Origin: Schmidtea nova
Taxonomy: Eukaryota
Direction: 5' to 3'
DNA: 64,000 nucleotides
Assembly (NCBI GenBank): GCA_044892505.1
Contig: CM097882.1
Location: 503,998,001-504,062,000 of the forward strand
Both the position numbers and the translations under genes were made by a program. Positions 1 to 13,220 of the stretch are shown here, piece after piece. How positions within the stretch are numbered: position 1 is the stretch's first letter; every line of letters starts with the position of its first letter. The notes under the pieces were generated by a model. The model worked only from the letters and a program-made list of their open reading frames with translations. It did no database searches and was not told the DNA's origin.

Positions 1-162
1 AGATCAAAATTTTTTTTTATATAAACAATAACACAATATTTCGGCACAGCCTTTATCAAGTGTGTATTTCTATCGTTATATTTACTTAATCCTAAATAGT
101 AGCCTTAATTATTTTTTTAATATTTTATAATGATTTTATTGGATGAAAAAATTTATTTTATT

Positions 163-1790
163 TTAATTTTTTTGTGCGAATTGAATGTTGATGGACGGTT
201 TGTATTTTTTTATGAAAAAAGTCTCGGAAGCTAATCTTTGTAATGAATTTTTGAATCCCTCTTGTAGGATCTGGCATTTTGTTTCTTCTATAGATGGAGT
301 TGTTTTATGTACTTTTTCCCAGTGTTCGTAATAATTACTGGTTTTGATTTTAGTATGTTCATTAAGTCGGGTGCGAAAAGTTCTATGTGTTTCTCCTATG
401 TAAGTAGCGTCACATTTTTGACAAGAAAGTTTATATACTATATTTTTGGAAAAGCAAAAGCATCGGGTTGTGGAACGACAAAGACATTTATGTTTGGAGA
501 TGTTGGAAATTGGTGGCTTTCGGAGTTGTGATTTTAACGGTGCGGAGGTTATGAACGTTGGACGGATGTGGATAGGCAAATCTGTTTGATTAAAAATGTT
601 GGTGATTTTGTTGGCTGTAGTGTCATTTAGGAAAGGTAATCTTAGATATGTTGTGTGTTTGTTATTGTTATTGTGTTTCTGGCGTTTTCTATTGTTGCGT
701 TTATTGTGGTATGGTTCGTTAAGGAAGTGTTTCTTTACAAAGTCTTCAGGGTATCCATTTTGGAGGAATCGTATTTTGAAGTTTTCTAATGTTTCTTGTA
801 TTTTGTTTGCGTCTGAACAGTTTCTTATGGCTCTTTTTCTTTCTCCTATTAGTAATGCGATTTTGCGTTGAAGTGGAACGTGGAACGTGGCTTTTCCATG
901 GGAGGATATGACCGCTATGTAAACCTTTAGAATATAGCTCGGTGTTTGCATTTAGTGTATCTTGGCCTTTTGTGAAACTTACCATGGTATCTAAAAACGG
1001 TATTTTACCTTCTGTGTTCGGTGTTTCAAAAGTAAATTGTATGTTGGTGTTAGTAGAATTTGCGTGTGATAGGATTTGATTGAGAGGGATTGTGGAGACT
1101 ATGAAGATGTCGTCGATGTATCGTTTCCAGAAAAGTATTTTGTCCCCAAAAAAAGATATGATCTTAGATTCTATAAAGTTCATGTAGAAGATGGCTAAGA
1201 TGGGAGAAAGGTTATTACCCATGGCTAATCCATGAATTTGTTTGAATGGTTTTTCTTTAATTATGACAGTATCTGAATTTATTGCTAATTTTAGAAGTTC
1301 TATAAAGTCTTGTTTAGTTAAGTCTGCGAGGTCAGTATTGGCTTTATGAGTTTCAAAGAAAGAAGCTGCGATATCGAAAATGTTATTCTCTCCGTGAAGA
1401 GGAATAGATACGTAAAGATTGGAAACGTCAAGAGATCCCCAGAAGTACTGTTGTCCTGAGTTTAACGGAAGAGACGTATTTGTAATTTCGGAGACGAATT
1501 CAGTTGTGTTTTTAAGATGAGAAGGAACCAAAGGCAAAAGTGTTTTTAGAATTTCTGAAAGAACTTTAGAAAGTGTTGTGGAAGGAGTGTCAACTGCAGA
1601 TACAAGAGGTCTACCTTTTAAAGGACTTTTGTGATCTTTAGGTAACATAGTCATATTACTAGGTAAAGGCTCACTGCAGTTGCATTTTAAAAGTAAATCT
1701 TTGATTTGAAGGTTAATTTGTTTATTTGCAAGTGTTGAAAGTTTCTTATTGTATAAAATCTGAGTCGATGCAGGTAAGATTATTTTGTTT
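163..1790 (-). pseudogene. Penelope-like element ORF (RT + GIY-YIG endonuclease), 5'-truncated, with one frameshift
   Basis: RT motifs SLDVSNLYVSIP, QIHGLAMGNNLSP and RYIDD (746-1654 ORF, frame stays open upstream of the ATG); GIY-YIG IVYKLSCQKCDATYIGETHRTFRTRLNEH (163-951 ORF). The frameshift is a 7-bp tandem duplication gtggaac at 873-886. Confidence 0.93.
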
Positions 1791-1847
1791 ATCGGTTCAT
1801 AGTTCGAGAGATGTTCTTCAAATAGAGTATTGTATTGTTCTGTATTG

Positions 1848-2274
1848 TTCTTGTCAAAAATGTGACGCTACTTACATAGGAGAAACACATAGAACTTTTC
1901 GCACCCGACTTAATGAACATACTAAAATCAAAACCAGTAATTATTACGAACACTGGGAAAAAGTACATAAAACAACTCCATCTATAGAAGAAACAAAATG
2001 CCAGATCCTACAAGAGGGATTCAAAAATTCATTACAAAGATTACCTTCCGAGACTTTTTTCATAAAAAAATACAAACCGTCCATCAACATTCAATTCGCA
2101 CAAAAAAATTAAAATAAAATAAATTTTTTCATCCAATAAAATCATTATAAAATATTAAAAAAATAATTAAGGCTACTATTTAGGATTAAGTAAATATAAC
2201 GATAGAAATACACACTTGATAAAGGCTGTGCCGAAATATTGTGTTATTGTTTATATAAAAAAAAATTTTGATCT
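1848..2274 (+). repeat. Inverted copy of the Penelope 3' end (inverted pseudo-LTR)
   Basis: Near-identical reverse complement of 1-427, encoding the same GIY-YIG C-terminus (RLPSETF vs RLASETF); 10-bp tandem tgtattgttc at the junction (1831-1850). Confidence 0.9.
2212..2244 (+). ncRNA. Minimal hammerhead-ribozyme-like motif in the Penelope pLTR (mirror copy at 31-63 on the minus strand)
   Basis: acac TTGATAA a ggc-tgt-gcc GAAA tatt gtgt: stem I acac/gtgt, stem II ggc/gcc, GAAA, short palindromic stem III. The core is a U3-A8 variant of CUGAUGA with one extra A. Confidence 0.55.
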
Positions 2275-2896
2275 ATAGTCATNNNNNNNNNNNNNNNNNN
2301 NNNNNNNNNNNNNNNNNNNNNNNNNNNNNNNNNNNNNNNNNNNNNNNNNNNNNNNNNNNNNNNNNNNNNNNNNNNNNNNNNNNNNNNNNNNNNNNNNNNN
2401 NNNNNNNNNNNNNNNNNNNNNNNNNNNNNNNNNNNNNNNNNNNNNNNNNNNNNNNNNNNNNNNNNNNNNNNNNNNNNNNNNNNNNNNNNNNNNNNNNNNN
2501 NNNNNNNNNNNNNNNNNNNNNNNNNNNNNNNNNNNNNNNNNNNNNNNNNNNNNNNNNNNNNNNNNNNNNNNNNNNNNNNNNNNNNNNNNNNNNNNNNNNN
2601 NNNNNNNNNNNNNNNNNNNNNNNNNNNNNNNNNNNNNNNNNNNNNNNNNNNNNNNNNNNNNNNNNNNNNNNNNNNNNNNNNNNNNNNNNNNNNNNNNNNN
2701 NNNNNNNNNNNNNNNNNNNNNNNNNNNNNNNNNNNNNNNNNNNNNNNNNNNNNNNNNNNNNNNNNNNNNNNNNNNNNNNNNNNNNNNNNNNNNNNNNNNN
2801 NNNNNNNNNNNNNNNNNNNNNNNNNNNNNNNNNTATAAGTCAATATTATTATTTTTAAGTTTACTATATTAATTTATTTTTATAAATAAGTTTTAC

Positions 2897-3050
2897 ATTG
2901 CACGTGTATTTTCAATGTCGTTGTTCATGTTGCACGAGTATTGCATTGTCTTTGTTTAAGTTGCACTCGTGTTGCAAAGTCTATGTCTTTGTATTTTCAT
3001 GTTGCACGTGTATTGCATTGTCTTTGTTTAAGTTGCACGCGTGTTGCAAA
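2897..3050. repeat. Imperfect tandem repeat of about 72-bp period with ttgcac subrepeats
   Basis: catgttgcacg(a/t)gtattgcattgtctttgtttaagttgcac at about 2926 and 2998. Confidence 0.75.
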
Positions 3051-3079
3051 CTTTTCGATGACTCATATTTCTGTTAAAA

Positions 3080-3600
3080 TACTTTATGTTAAAAAAAATT
3101 TGTGTCCAAAAAAAAAATTTACAAAAATAAATTTGGCGGGAAAAAAAATTTGAAAAAAAAATTTAAAAAATTTTTGGCGCTCTAAAAATTTCTGAAAAAA
3201 AATTAGCCTCCCCGGTGGGGGTCTCGAAAAAAAGTTCTTTGTTTAAAATTTTTACGCCCACGCATAAAAAAGTTCTTTGTTTAAAATTTTACGCCCACGC
3301 ATTCCTTTGTCTTTGTGTTAAAAAAAAATTTCAAAAAAAAAAATTTGTGTTAACAAAATTTGTGTTAAAAAAAATTTGTGTTAAAAAAATTTGTGTTAAA
3401 AAAAAATTTGTGTTAAAAAAATTTGTGTTAAAAAAAAATTTTTCAAAATTTGGCGCGAAAAAAAAAATTTTTGAAAAAAAAATATATTCAAAAATTTTTG
3501 GCGCGAAAAAAAAAATTAGCCCCACCGGGGGGGTCTCGAAAAAAAGTTCTTTGTTTAAAATTTTACGCCCACGCATTTCTTTGTGTTTGACTCCACACAT
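3080..3600. repeat. aaaaaatttgtgtt minisatellite plus a duplicated GC-rich block
   Basis: Array of aaaaaatttgtgtt; the block ttagcc..ccgg.gggggtctcgaaaaaaagttctttgtttaaaattttacgcccacgcat occurs at about 3204 and 3517. Confidence 0.75.
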
Positions 3601-4432
3601 CTACCTACTTCTGTAAATATTAAAAGCATGTTTTCGAGTAAATAACAGCCCAAAATTTTGTAAAGGCGTTATGTTTTTAGGAATATTTAGCAATATAATA
3701 AAATAATAATTGTTTTCTATGTTTTGTTTTACTATATTTCAATAATTTCATGAGTGTGAAGATACATATTATTATTTAATTGCAAATGAAATTATAAATA
3801 TGATTGTATTTGCTTAGTTAATGATGACGGGTGAACTGTCAAAATAATTTTTTTAAATAATATTTTTTTATATTATTCTACATTTGAAAAATTTTAAATG
3901 TGCATAAGTTAAATCATACATCAGGAATTCGCTTTCTTGCTTATTAAAACTTGAAATATTCATATGAAAATTCGAGTAATTCAGTTTGTTTTGGCAAAGA
4001 AAACGAAGACATTAAATTATTTCATATTTTGACTATTATCTTCTTATTGACAGGAAATTGAAAGATGTTCTAGTATTTTTAAAAGCAGAAAAAAGAAAAT
4101 GAAACAAAAATTCAGCCTACCAAATATTTTCATTTTTTCAGGTTATAAATCAATGTGTAGTTCGTTATTTAATGTTTTGATCTATAGTATGAAAAAATGA
4201 AGATAAACAAAATCGTAAATAACAGATCAAAGGTGAAGAAGTTAAAATATTTTTAGGATAATACGTTGATTTGGAGTGCGAAGAAATTTGTAACAGTTGT
4301 ATTGTTATTTTATATTTCAAAATAATGAGTTGATTATGAGTGAATGACCGAACAGCATAGTTTATTTTTGAGATGTTATGTTTCATAATAATATCGTACA
4401 AAAATTGTCCTTTTAACTTATGTTGTTTAGAT

Positions 4433-7427
4433 CAGTGTTTCGTAACAGCCGGTCCGCGGACCGGCACCGGTCTACAGGAAAGTTCTACCGGTCCGCGAAA
4501 GTTTTAGGATTCTCACATGAATTTCAATTGATGATAACGAAACTTTTTAATAATTAGTATACTTTTGCTAACAAAAAATTTTAACTAAATAATTAAATGA
4601 CTTTTTTAATTTCATAAAATAAATATTATGTGTTACTTCATAACATCAGTTCATTATCAACTACAATGTAGTTACTATATAATTTAATATTCACAGTACA
4701 TCCAGTAACTAAAATTAATTTAAGTGTGACTAGAAAACACTCTGAGGCCGAGCGCAAACGTCGAAATGCAACGAGCGATCGGTTGAGTCAAATGCAAACT
4801 ACACGAGTTTGCAAAGAAGAGGAAGGGGAAAGTTTCGGTGCGCAGTTGCTACTACATTTCCGTTAAATTTTATTACTGTAGTGTGCGATTTGACGGTGTG
4901 TGGATAAAAAGAAAAAAAAGTAGAAGATAAAGAAAAAGAATATTTGCTGAAATTATTATTGTTTATATATGATATATGATTATTAACAATTCATTATTGT
5001 TTATGCATATAAAACGTTATAACTTAATTCTTTTAAATTAAATAGGTATTGAGAATTGAATTTAAATAATTTATGATCAAAATTATTAATTTATTTTTAG
5101 TATTTTTAAAAATGAGTACTAAGAGAATACCAAGAACAATGGAAAATTTTTTTCAAAAAACATGCTTAAGTACTTCGAATACAAGTGAAATTATTAATAA
5201 TTATCAAAATGATTCACCACAGGCAAAATGAAAAATGTATTTTTGTTCGTCAATACATTAATGATTATTTGAAATTTAATTTTATTCTTTAGCAAAAATC
5301 GGAAGAAAAATTACCTAAGCCACAATGTGTTATTTGCAAGGACATTTTAATCAAATGAATGTATGAAACCAGCAAAATTATTACGACACTTAAAAACCAA
5401 ACATCCAACCTTACAAAATAAGCCCCTGAATTATTTTGAACGCCAAAGTCTTGACTTTAAACATCAAACATCTCCTTTTAAAAAATGCTTTCTAGTCGAC
5501 AATTTTCTAGTCTTCATATTTAGTGACCTTGAGAATCGCAAAATGCAATAAGCCATACTCTATCTCCGAAAATTTAATCAAACCTTGTTTGATAGACGTA
5601 TGCTCTGAATTACTGGGCCCCACAGCCGGAGATAAAATGAAAAGTTTGACTTTTTCCAATGATACAATTCAACGAAGAATCGTTGATTTAGCAACTGATG
5701 TTAAAGATCAACTCATTCAAAAAGTTAACAAATCATTGTTTGCTATTCAGATGGACGAATCTACTGATATTTCTAACAAAGCAATACTTTTGTGTTACGT
5801 TCGTTATATTGATCACGAAATAAATGAGATTAAAGAAGAAATACTTTGTTGTCTTGAACTTCCTAGTCACACAACTAGCTTAGAAATATTTAATGCTCTC
5901 AACACATACTTCGAAAACAAATTAATAAATTGGAAAAATTGCATTGGTTTATGTACTGATGGTGCGGCAAGCATGACTGGGAAACATTCAGGAGTAGCAG
6001 TAAAAGTTTTAAAGGTAGGTGCAGTTGGAATGATATTTACTCATTGCTTCATACACCGACAGCATTTGGTTGGTGAAAAAATGTCTCCAGACCTGAACTG
6101 CGTACTTTCTCAATCTGTACGAATCATAAATTATATCAAGAGTAATGCTTTAAATTTAAAATTATTTTCTATTTTATGTAATGAAATGGGATCGGGGCAT
6201 GAAAATTTATTACTTCATGCAGAAGTACGATGGCTGTCGAGAGGAAGAATATTACAAAGACTCTTTGAATTATGAAATGAAGTTGAATCCTTTTTAAATA
6301 CAAAAAATTCAGAAGTAGCCTTTTTTTCCGTAACGACGAATGGATTGCAAAATTGGCATATTTGTCTGACATATTTTCAGTATTCAACGAATTAAATTTA
6401 AGTCTTCAAGGAAATAGCATTACTATTTTTAATTTATGGGATAAAATCGATGCATTAAAAAAATAGAATTATGGCGCAAGCATATTGAAGAAAAAAACTA
6501 CAGTGTTCCACTCTCTCGAAGAATTATTAAATACAGTGAATGTGAATACCGAGTCTTTATCAAATATTATTTCTGAACATCTAGCAGCGATTTGTTACGC
6601 GTTCGAAGACTACTTTTCACAGAAAGATGATGCGCGAAAGGGAAATATGTGGATTATAAACCCATTTGTCGAACATGGAAATAATGAGTTGACTGATTCG
6701 GAAGAGGAAAAATTAGTAGAGTTAAGTTGCGACTCTTCATTAAAATTACAATTCAACTCGAAAGATAAAATTCAATTTTGGATTCAAGTTAAAAATGAGT
6801 ATGTAGATTTACGTACAAAAGCAATGAGAGTGCTGCTACCATTTTCAACAACATATTTGTGTGAATCTGCATTCTCCGCAATGACGCTTATAAAAACCAA
6901 GCAAAGAAATAATTTGGAAATTAGCCCATCTTTACGTTTAGCTATAACAAATATAGCTCCCAGAATCGAAAGTTTATGCAATGTAAAAAATCAGCAGCCA
7001 TCCCATTGATGATTTTTTTATTTGTGGAATATATTCATTTAAATGTGATTTTTGTCTATTTTTTTATTTTCTATATTTTTTTTAAATGAAAATTATTTAT
7101 ATATTCTCTAATTTCTGTGATTTATTAGAAATGCAGCAGTTTTGTATAATTTTAAGATTACTTTTGTGTTGTAATTCTTTATTATAATATTATTATATGT
7201 TTTTTGCAATATTTATTGTTATTCTTTTATGCACATTTTTTGTGTAAATATATTGTTTATTTTTTGTAAACTTTGTGTGAATTTTTGCAACTGAAATATA
7301 TGTATTTAATAGTACATTAAATATTTTGTATTCCTGCAAAATATAACCAATAATTAGTATTAGTGGTCCGCGGTAAAAATTTCGATTGTTTACTGGTCCG
7401 CGGCACGTTTTTGGTTGAGAAACACTG
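4433..7427 (+). mobile_element. hAT (Buster/Charlie-type) transposon, full length, defective
   Basis: TIRs cagtgtttcgtaac / ggttgagaaacactg; perfect 8-bp TSD gtttagat (4425-4432, 7428-7435); ggtccgcgg subterminal repeats. Confidence 0.95.
5112..7009 (+). pseudogene. Buster-type hAT transposase with stops and frameshifts
   Basis: MKPAKLLRHLKTKH, AIQMDESTD, LCTDGAASMTG, FTHCFIHRQHL, EVRWLSRG, LPFSTTYLCESAFS spread over several frames. Confidence 0.95.
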
Positions 7428-7751
7428 GTTTAGATGATCATTATTATTGGAGATTTTTGTTCTGTTCATACTATTTTGATTTTGGTGTTGTTTTTTTTAA
7501 TATTTACTATTTTTTGGTAGAGTTAGCTTATTATGGAATTAATAATATATCTATTTAAATTTAAAGAAACGTTTCATTCTTGTCTTATTTTGTTTTTTTT
7601 AAAGTAATATTTATCAATGTATTAATTTTAAGATTTTTTGATTTTCTTGACAATTATCTGACAGAATGAGTGAAACTTGTTAAAACCTCAAGTTATGAAA
7701 TCCTTTAAAAGAAAGAGAATTTTCAAAATTATCTATTAATATTGTTTAGAA

Positions 7752-8132
7752 AATGGGTGGACAACCCGCGGCCAGCGAGATTCATCACACTTTTACAAAA
7801 TATATTTGTTTTATAATGGCCGGGGTAATTTTAACATTCTAATTATATCAATAAACAAACATTTTTCAACGTACTGTCGGTAATATGAAGTATGACTCTA
7901 AAGAAAAGAAGAATATCGGACGAAAATAGCATCATTATTATTATATTATCTATTTTTATATGTAAGAATAATATTAAACACAATATAATAACTCATTATG
8001 TTTCGATTTTTCACTCCAAAAAAATGTTTATAGTGTATCTAAATCTAATATGGAAATACATAATTTTATGTGGCCCAGAGTTATGATACATTTCCAAAGT
8101 GGTCCACAAGATCATTTGGGTTGCCACCCCTG
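7752..8132. mobile_element. hAT MITE (about 380 bp)
   Basis: Right TIR gggttgccacccctg, degenerate left TIR aatgggtggacaaccc; near-TSD gtttagaa / gtttagac. Confidence 0.7.
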
Positions 8133-8359
8133 GTTTAGACAAAGGATGCTAAAATTTCCTGGATGAAGAGATTTAGAAAGAGACCGGTTAACATAAAATT
8201 TATTTATATTTTCATCGATAATTCAGCAAATCTTCAAATTAATTTTATGATCGAAAGAGAAAATTTTATAAAAATAAAGGTTCATCGTTAAGTTTTAAAC
8301 CATATCCTAAGTGAAAAATAATAAATGAAATAAAGAAATTAAAATAAAACAAATAAAAG

Positions 8360-9180
8360 ATAAAGAACCCATCGTGACTCACGTGGTGGGTTACTGATAG
8401 AAACTAGGTGTGGTTTTAACCATGGTAACCGCATAACTATAGTGCTATGGTCCCCGCTAAAATGCGCCGTCACTTAGAAACCATACATCTAGAGTTTAAA
8501 CATAAGAAAGCTGATTATTTTATTCATAGGCGTGATGCACTGCCAAATTGTTTCAACTTTCAAAATTAGAAATAAGAAGGCCACTGAAGAAACCAATATT
8601 GTTAGTTATCGTATTTCACTGGCAGGAGAAGTTCATACTATACCTGAGACATCGATCAAGCCCTGTGCATTCGATATAGCTAAATGTATATTCGATTATA
8701 AGTCGTCAAAAGAAATCACTGATATACTGCTATCCAATGACACGGTAGCTTGTCTAATTGAAAATTTAGCAGCTAACGTAAAGTCTCAATTGATATTTCG
8801 ACTGAAAAATTGTAATTTTTCTCAGCAAATTGACGAAAGCACAGATGTAGCTGGACTTGCAATCTTGCTTGTTTTTGTCCGATATCAGCATAAAAATTTG
8901 CTTGAAGATGATCTTCTTTTGTGTGGACCATTGCCAAACAATACAACTGGTGCCGAAATATTTAATATCGTGAAAGATTTTTTAAAGACTAATGGTTTAG
9001 ATTGGAAAAATTGGGTTGATATCTGCACGGATAATGGAAAGGCAATGGTAGGAAAACCGCAGGCGCTGTTGCTCAAATCACGAATTTAGCACCGAAATGA
9101 ACCAATAACCATTACATTCTTCACCGCCAAGAACTTGTAGTAAAAAATTGCATGTCTTTGAAAAATTTCCTTGATGAGTC
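8360..9180 (+). pseudogene. Buster-type hAT transposase fragment
   Basis: QQIDESTDVAGLAILLVFVRY, WVDICTDNGKAMVG and a following CxxH-like region; no TIRs found. Confidence 0.88.
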
Positions 9181-9184
9181 GTGA

Positions 9185-10260
9185 AATTCAATAAAGGTAT
9201 TTTGTTACTTTACGTTGCTTTAACTTTTATATATTATTTTCGGGTAATCCCTCATATTAACTTTTGTTCGTGGGAGAAAAATCATATAAGGAAGCCTCGT
9301 TGGTTGTATACTACGAGGTTGACGGCCTCTCAGTCGCGACTCTTTCGGGGGTCGCGCCGATGCGGCGACTTTCCACTAACTGACGGGAGGGAGAGGATTG
9401 CACATAGAGCATTTTTTCGCTGAGTCCATAATATTTTTTTCAAGGGGCATTATCACGGAACATTTTTATGAATAATAGAAGTAATTTCCATTTTTAAACT
9501 AAGTAGATGTCGGTAATCACATAGTGCCTTTCCATTTAATCACAACGTGTATTTTGCACTAAACATGTAGAACATTTTCATTAACCACCTAGGGTAAGTT
9601 GTACCGTAATTTCAGTATATAACCAAACCGACCCGTTAACATAGCTTAATGAATTGGGATTCGTACTCCTAGACAATAACACAGAGCATTCATGTCATTA
9701 AATATTTGGCCATACAGGGCAGTAATTTTCCATTAAATTTAAGTACATATCACAATTGAGGAAATCGGTCATTCAATCTGTTTAATCATAGGGAGAAATA
9801 GTCTCATCACACAAAATAGTATCTTTCATTTGGGACATACAACCCAGTAGAAAATAATTTACAATCCATGGCGAACTTTAAAAATTCATTTATGATGATA
9901 ATTCGACTTGTCCGTATAACACGGATAGACCAATAATCCCGATTTATCCATAGTGCAGTCATAGCATTTTTTACTCCATGACTAGAATCCGATGAGGGAT
10001 AGCGAATTTACTAAAAACATTCCAAGCGTAATATAATGCGTAACTATAACCAAATTAGGATAATGTAATACTGAAAAATGAACTGGAAGATTTGCATCGA
10101 CGAAGCGAGTAATCCAAATATTTGAATGAAATCAGCCGAACAAAAGACAATGAGAGGACTAAAGTCCAATTTTGCATGAACCGAACCTATTTAAATTGAC
10201 AAGAGTGATATAAACAATCATTTCACCGAATAGTTATGTTTCGCACCATTCCGTAGATAA
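9185..10260 (+). other. 5' part of the unassigned repeat family (unit U0): signature, GC-rich hairpins and linker
   Basis: aataaaggtatt (9190) then ggtaatccctcat (9243-9255), as in the units at 20874/20915 and 24330/24373; shares ctgacggga; hairpins cctcgt/acgagg and cctctc-agtcgc/gcgact-gagagg. Confidence 0.6.
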
Positions 10261-10272
10261 AGAGCACCAATT

Positions 10273-12460
10273 TGGTTACATGGAGATGTGCATATTCACG
10301 GGAATTCGGAGCCGTAACAAATGCGCGCTGGCAAAACTGTGCAATACTAGCGACCCCGAAAAATGCGCGCAAGACAAAACCGCGCCAATTTAATTCGTCT
10401 TCCATATCAATAACCCAATATTGCATTTTACGTGTGACTGTTGAAGTAATAACTATATGCCAAGTTTGCCAGGCATTAATAATGCAATTACTACTATGTA
10501 ACAATAATAATTAAAATTTATTAAAAATAATTTTCAAATAATTAATCTGTGAAGATAATAAAAAAATTTAATAATTAATTATTAATTAATGATTTCTGTA
10601 TTTAAATTATAGAAAAATGATAACCATGACAAATTGGCAGAATAGTTTCCAGAATTCAGTCGTGGAGAAAACAGTTTCTCAGAGACAAAAAGATAAACTG
10701 TTACATGGTGGATACAGACAACGAAGGGACAGAATTCTTGCAGGTGGAAGAATTTCATGGAGGTGTTCCAGAAAAGATTGTTCTGATCGTATTAAAGTTA
10801 GTAAATCTGATGATGTTGTTGTTGTGACAGAGCACAATCATGCACCAAATCCGGATAAAAATGAAGCAACCAAGGTTGTTGCAGAAATTTGTCGACAAGC
10901 CGTGACAACCGTGGAAAGGCCTCGTCAAATCATCCAACAGAACACAGCGGGAGTTTCATTGGAAGTAGCCAGCCATGTTCCAGAATATACTGCTTCTCAA
11001 CGGACAATTCAATGACAACGAAAGGGATGTGCTGTTCCATATGGTCCGAAGAATTCACTAGCTGACATCACCATTCCAGATCAACTTGAACAAACAACGA
11101 GGGATGAAGATTTTGTACTGTGGGATTCTGGTGAAAACGACGCGAAAAGAATTCTGATGTTCGGTACTATGGCAAATCTGGATCTGCTTCAACAGTATAA
11201 TCATTGGTTTATCGATGGAGCATTCAAAGTGGCACCAACAATCTTCTGTAGGTGTTTACTAGCCACGCATTGATCAATGGTTCTGCATACCCTCTCGTTA
11301 ATACCTTATGCCAGACAAATCACATGACAAATTGGCAGAATAGTTTCCAGAATTCAGTCGTGGAGAAAACAGTTTCTCAGAGACAAAAAGATAAACTGTT
11401 ACATGGTGGATACAGACAACGAAGGGACAGAATTCTTGCAGGTGGAAGAATTTCATGGAGGTGTTCCAGAAAAGATTGTTCTGATCGTATTAAAGTTAGT
11501 AAATCTGATGATGTTGTTGTTGTGACAGAGCACAATCATGCACCAAATCCGGATAAAAATGAAGCAACCAAGGTTGTTGCAGAAATTTGTCGACAAGCCG
11601 TGACAACCGTGGAAAGGCCTCGTCAAATCATCCAACAGAACACAGCGGGAGTTTCATTGGAAGTAGCCAGCCATGTTCCAGAATATACTGCTTCTCAACG
11701 GACAATTCAATGACAACGAAAGGGATGTGCTGTTCCATATGGTCCGAAGAATTCACTAGCTGACATCACCATTCCAGATCAACTTGAACAAACAACGAGG
11801 GATGAAGATTTTGTACTGTGGGATTCTGGTGAAAACGACGCGAAAAGAATTCTGATGTTCGGTACTATGGCAAATCTGGATCTGCTTCAACAGTATAATC
11901 ATTGGTTTATCGATGGAGCATTCAAAGTGGCACCAACAATCTTCTGTAGGTGTTTACTAGCCACGCATTGATCAATGGTTCTGCATACCCTCTCGTTAAT
12001 ACCTTATGCCAGACAAATCACAAGAAGGATATGAGCATGTTCTTCACAAGTTTCAAGAATTGCGGTCAACTCTGAATCCGGCGAGTATTATGTCGGATTT
12101 TGAGAAAGCCAGTCAGAATGCCTGTTCAACCGCATTTCCTGTCTCGCAGTTAGTTAGATGCTGGTTTCATCTCGGACAGAACCTCTGGCGCCAGTTCCAA
12201 AATATAAATCTTGCAACAGCATACCGTTATGACGAAAATCTAAGAATTCATGTCAAAATGATGTTGGCCCTAAGTTTTGTTCCTGTAATGGATGTTCCTG
12301 CTGTTTTCGATGAATTGGCAAATGACTGTCCTCCTCTAATAGCACCATTGATCAACTACTGGGAAGATATATACATAGGCCGACAACGAAGGGGCTGACG
12401 TGAAAATCCAAGGTTTCCTTTACAACTGTGAAATGTTCGTGCTCACGTAATTGATTTCGA
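10273..12460 (+). mobile_element. MULE (Mutator) element remnant with FLYWCH-type zinc finger + MULE transposase pseudogene
   Basis: TIR-like aaatgcgcgc repeats at 10273-10390; ISWRCSRKDC...EHNH; FIDGAFKVAP; MSDFEKA...CWFHLGQ; stops and frameshifts; 3'-truncated. Confidence 0.9.
10625..12020 (+). repeat. Direct tandem duplication of 698 bp inside the MULE transposase
   Basis: 10625-11322 repeats as 11323-12020 and gives identical translated segments; ca microhomology at the junction. Confidence 0.92.
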
Positions 12461-13220
12461 TTGTTTCCGCGCTTTGAACTTTATTCTTCATTCAATATTC
12501 TTTGGCCTTTTAAATTCTCGTCTGCTTAGCTTTCTTTGCTTTTGCAACACAAATTTTATTTCTGCAACTGATTCAATCAACGAATTTCTTTTCGTATATC
12601 AAATTTCTCCTTTCGTATTTCAAATTCGTTTCGTATTTTTCCACTTCAATTTTTCAATTTCACTTCTGTTCGAGTTTCAATTTTTTCTATCAATTTCAAA
12701 TTCTCTAACAAATTCTGTCTCTAACAAATTATTTTAACAACTTCTAATTCAATTCTTCCCTCTCGCGATTTCTGATTCTCTAATAACTCTTGTCTCCCAC
12801 AAATTTTGTCTGAAACTTGTGTGTCCTTCCCTTTTATAACTCATCAACTTTTTTGGTATTAGAGATAATTTTGTTTTTTGCATTTTGATTCCCGGATATC
12901 TCGTATTTTTCTTCCCATTCCCGTTTTATCTATGACAGCTGTCTAGGATATTTCAGATTTCCCTTTTTCCTTTTAAAGCCGACTTTTATCAGCACTTCTG
13001 TTATCTGAAAAGCTGTTAGGATTTTATTTTCCTACTTGTTTTTGTTTTCGTTTTGAAAATTTCTTTCACGTTTTTGTACTTACTAATTTGGAATGACCTA
13101 TGTTTTTGATTTCTTGTTGATCTCTTTTGTTTGTTCCCAACTTCTCATTTTCCAATTTTTGGCTGTGTCTGCTTTCTTTTCCAGCCTCCAAAAGATCACC
13201 TTATTCGTCCAATCAATTTT
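12460..13220 (-). other. Degenerate K/E-rich coding-like relic, possibly a retroelement ORF1/gag fragment
   Basis: Strong purine skew on the minus strand and coiled-coil-like translations with many stops; no diagnostic motif. Confidence 0.3.

Noticed and set aside
2244-2858. ORFs spanning N-runs (also 31379-31888 and 59573-59995)
   Set aside because: Artefacts of assembly gaps.
3215-3616. 133-aa and 89-aa low-complexity ORFs
   Set aside because: Translations of the A/T minisatellite.
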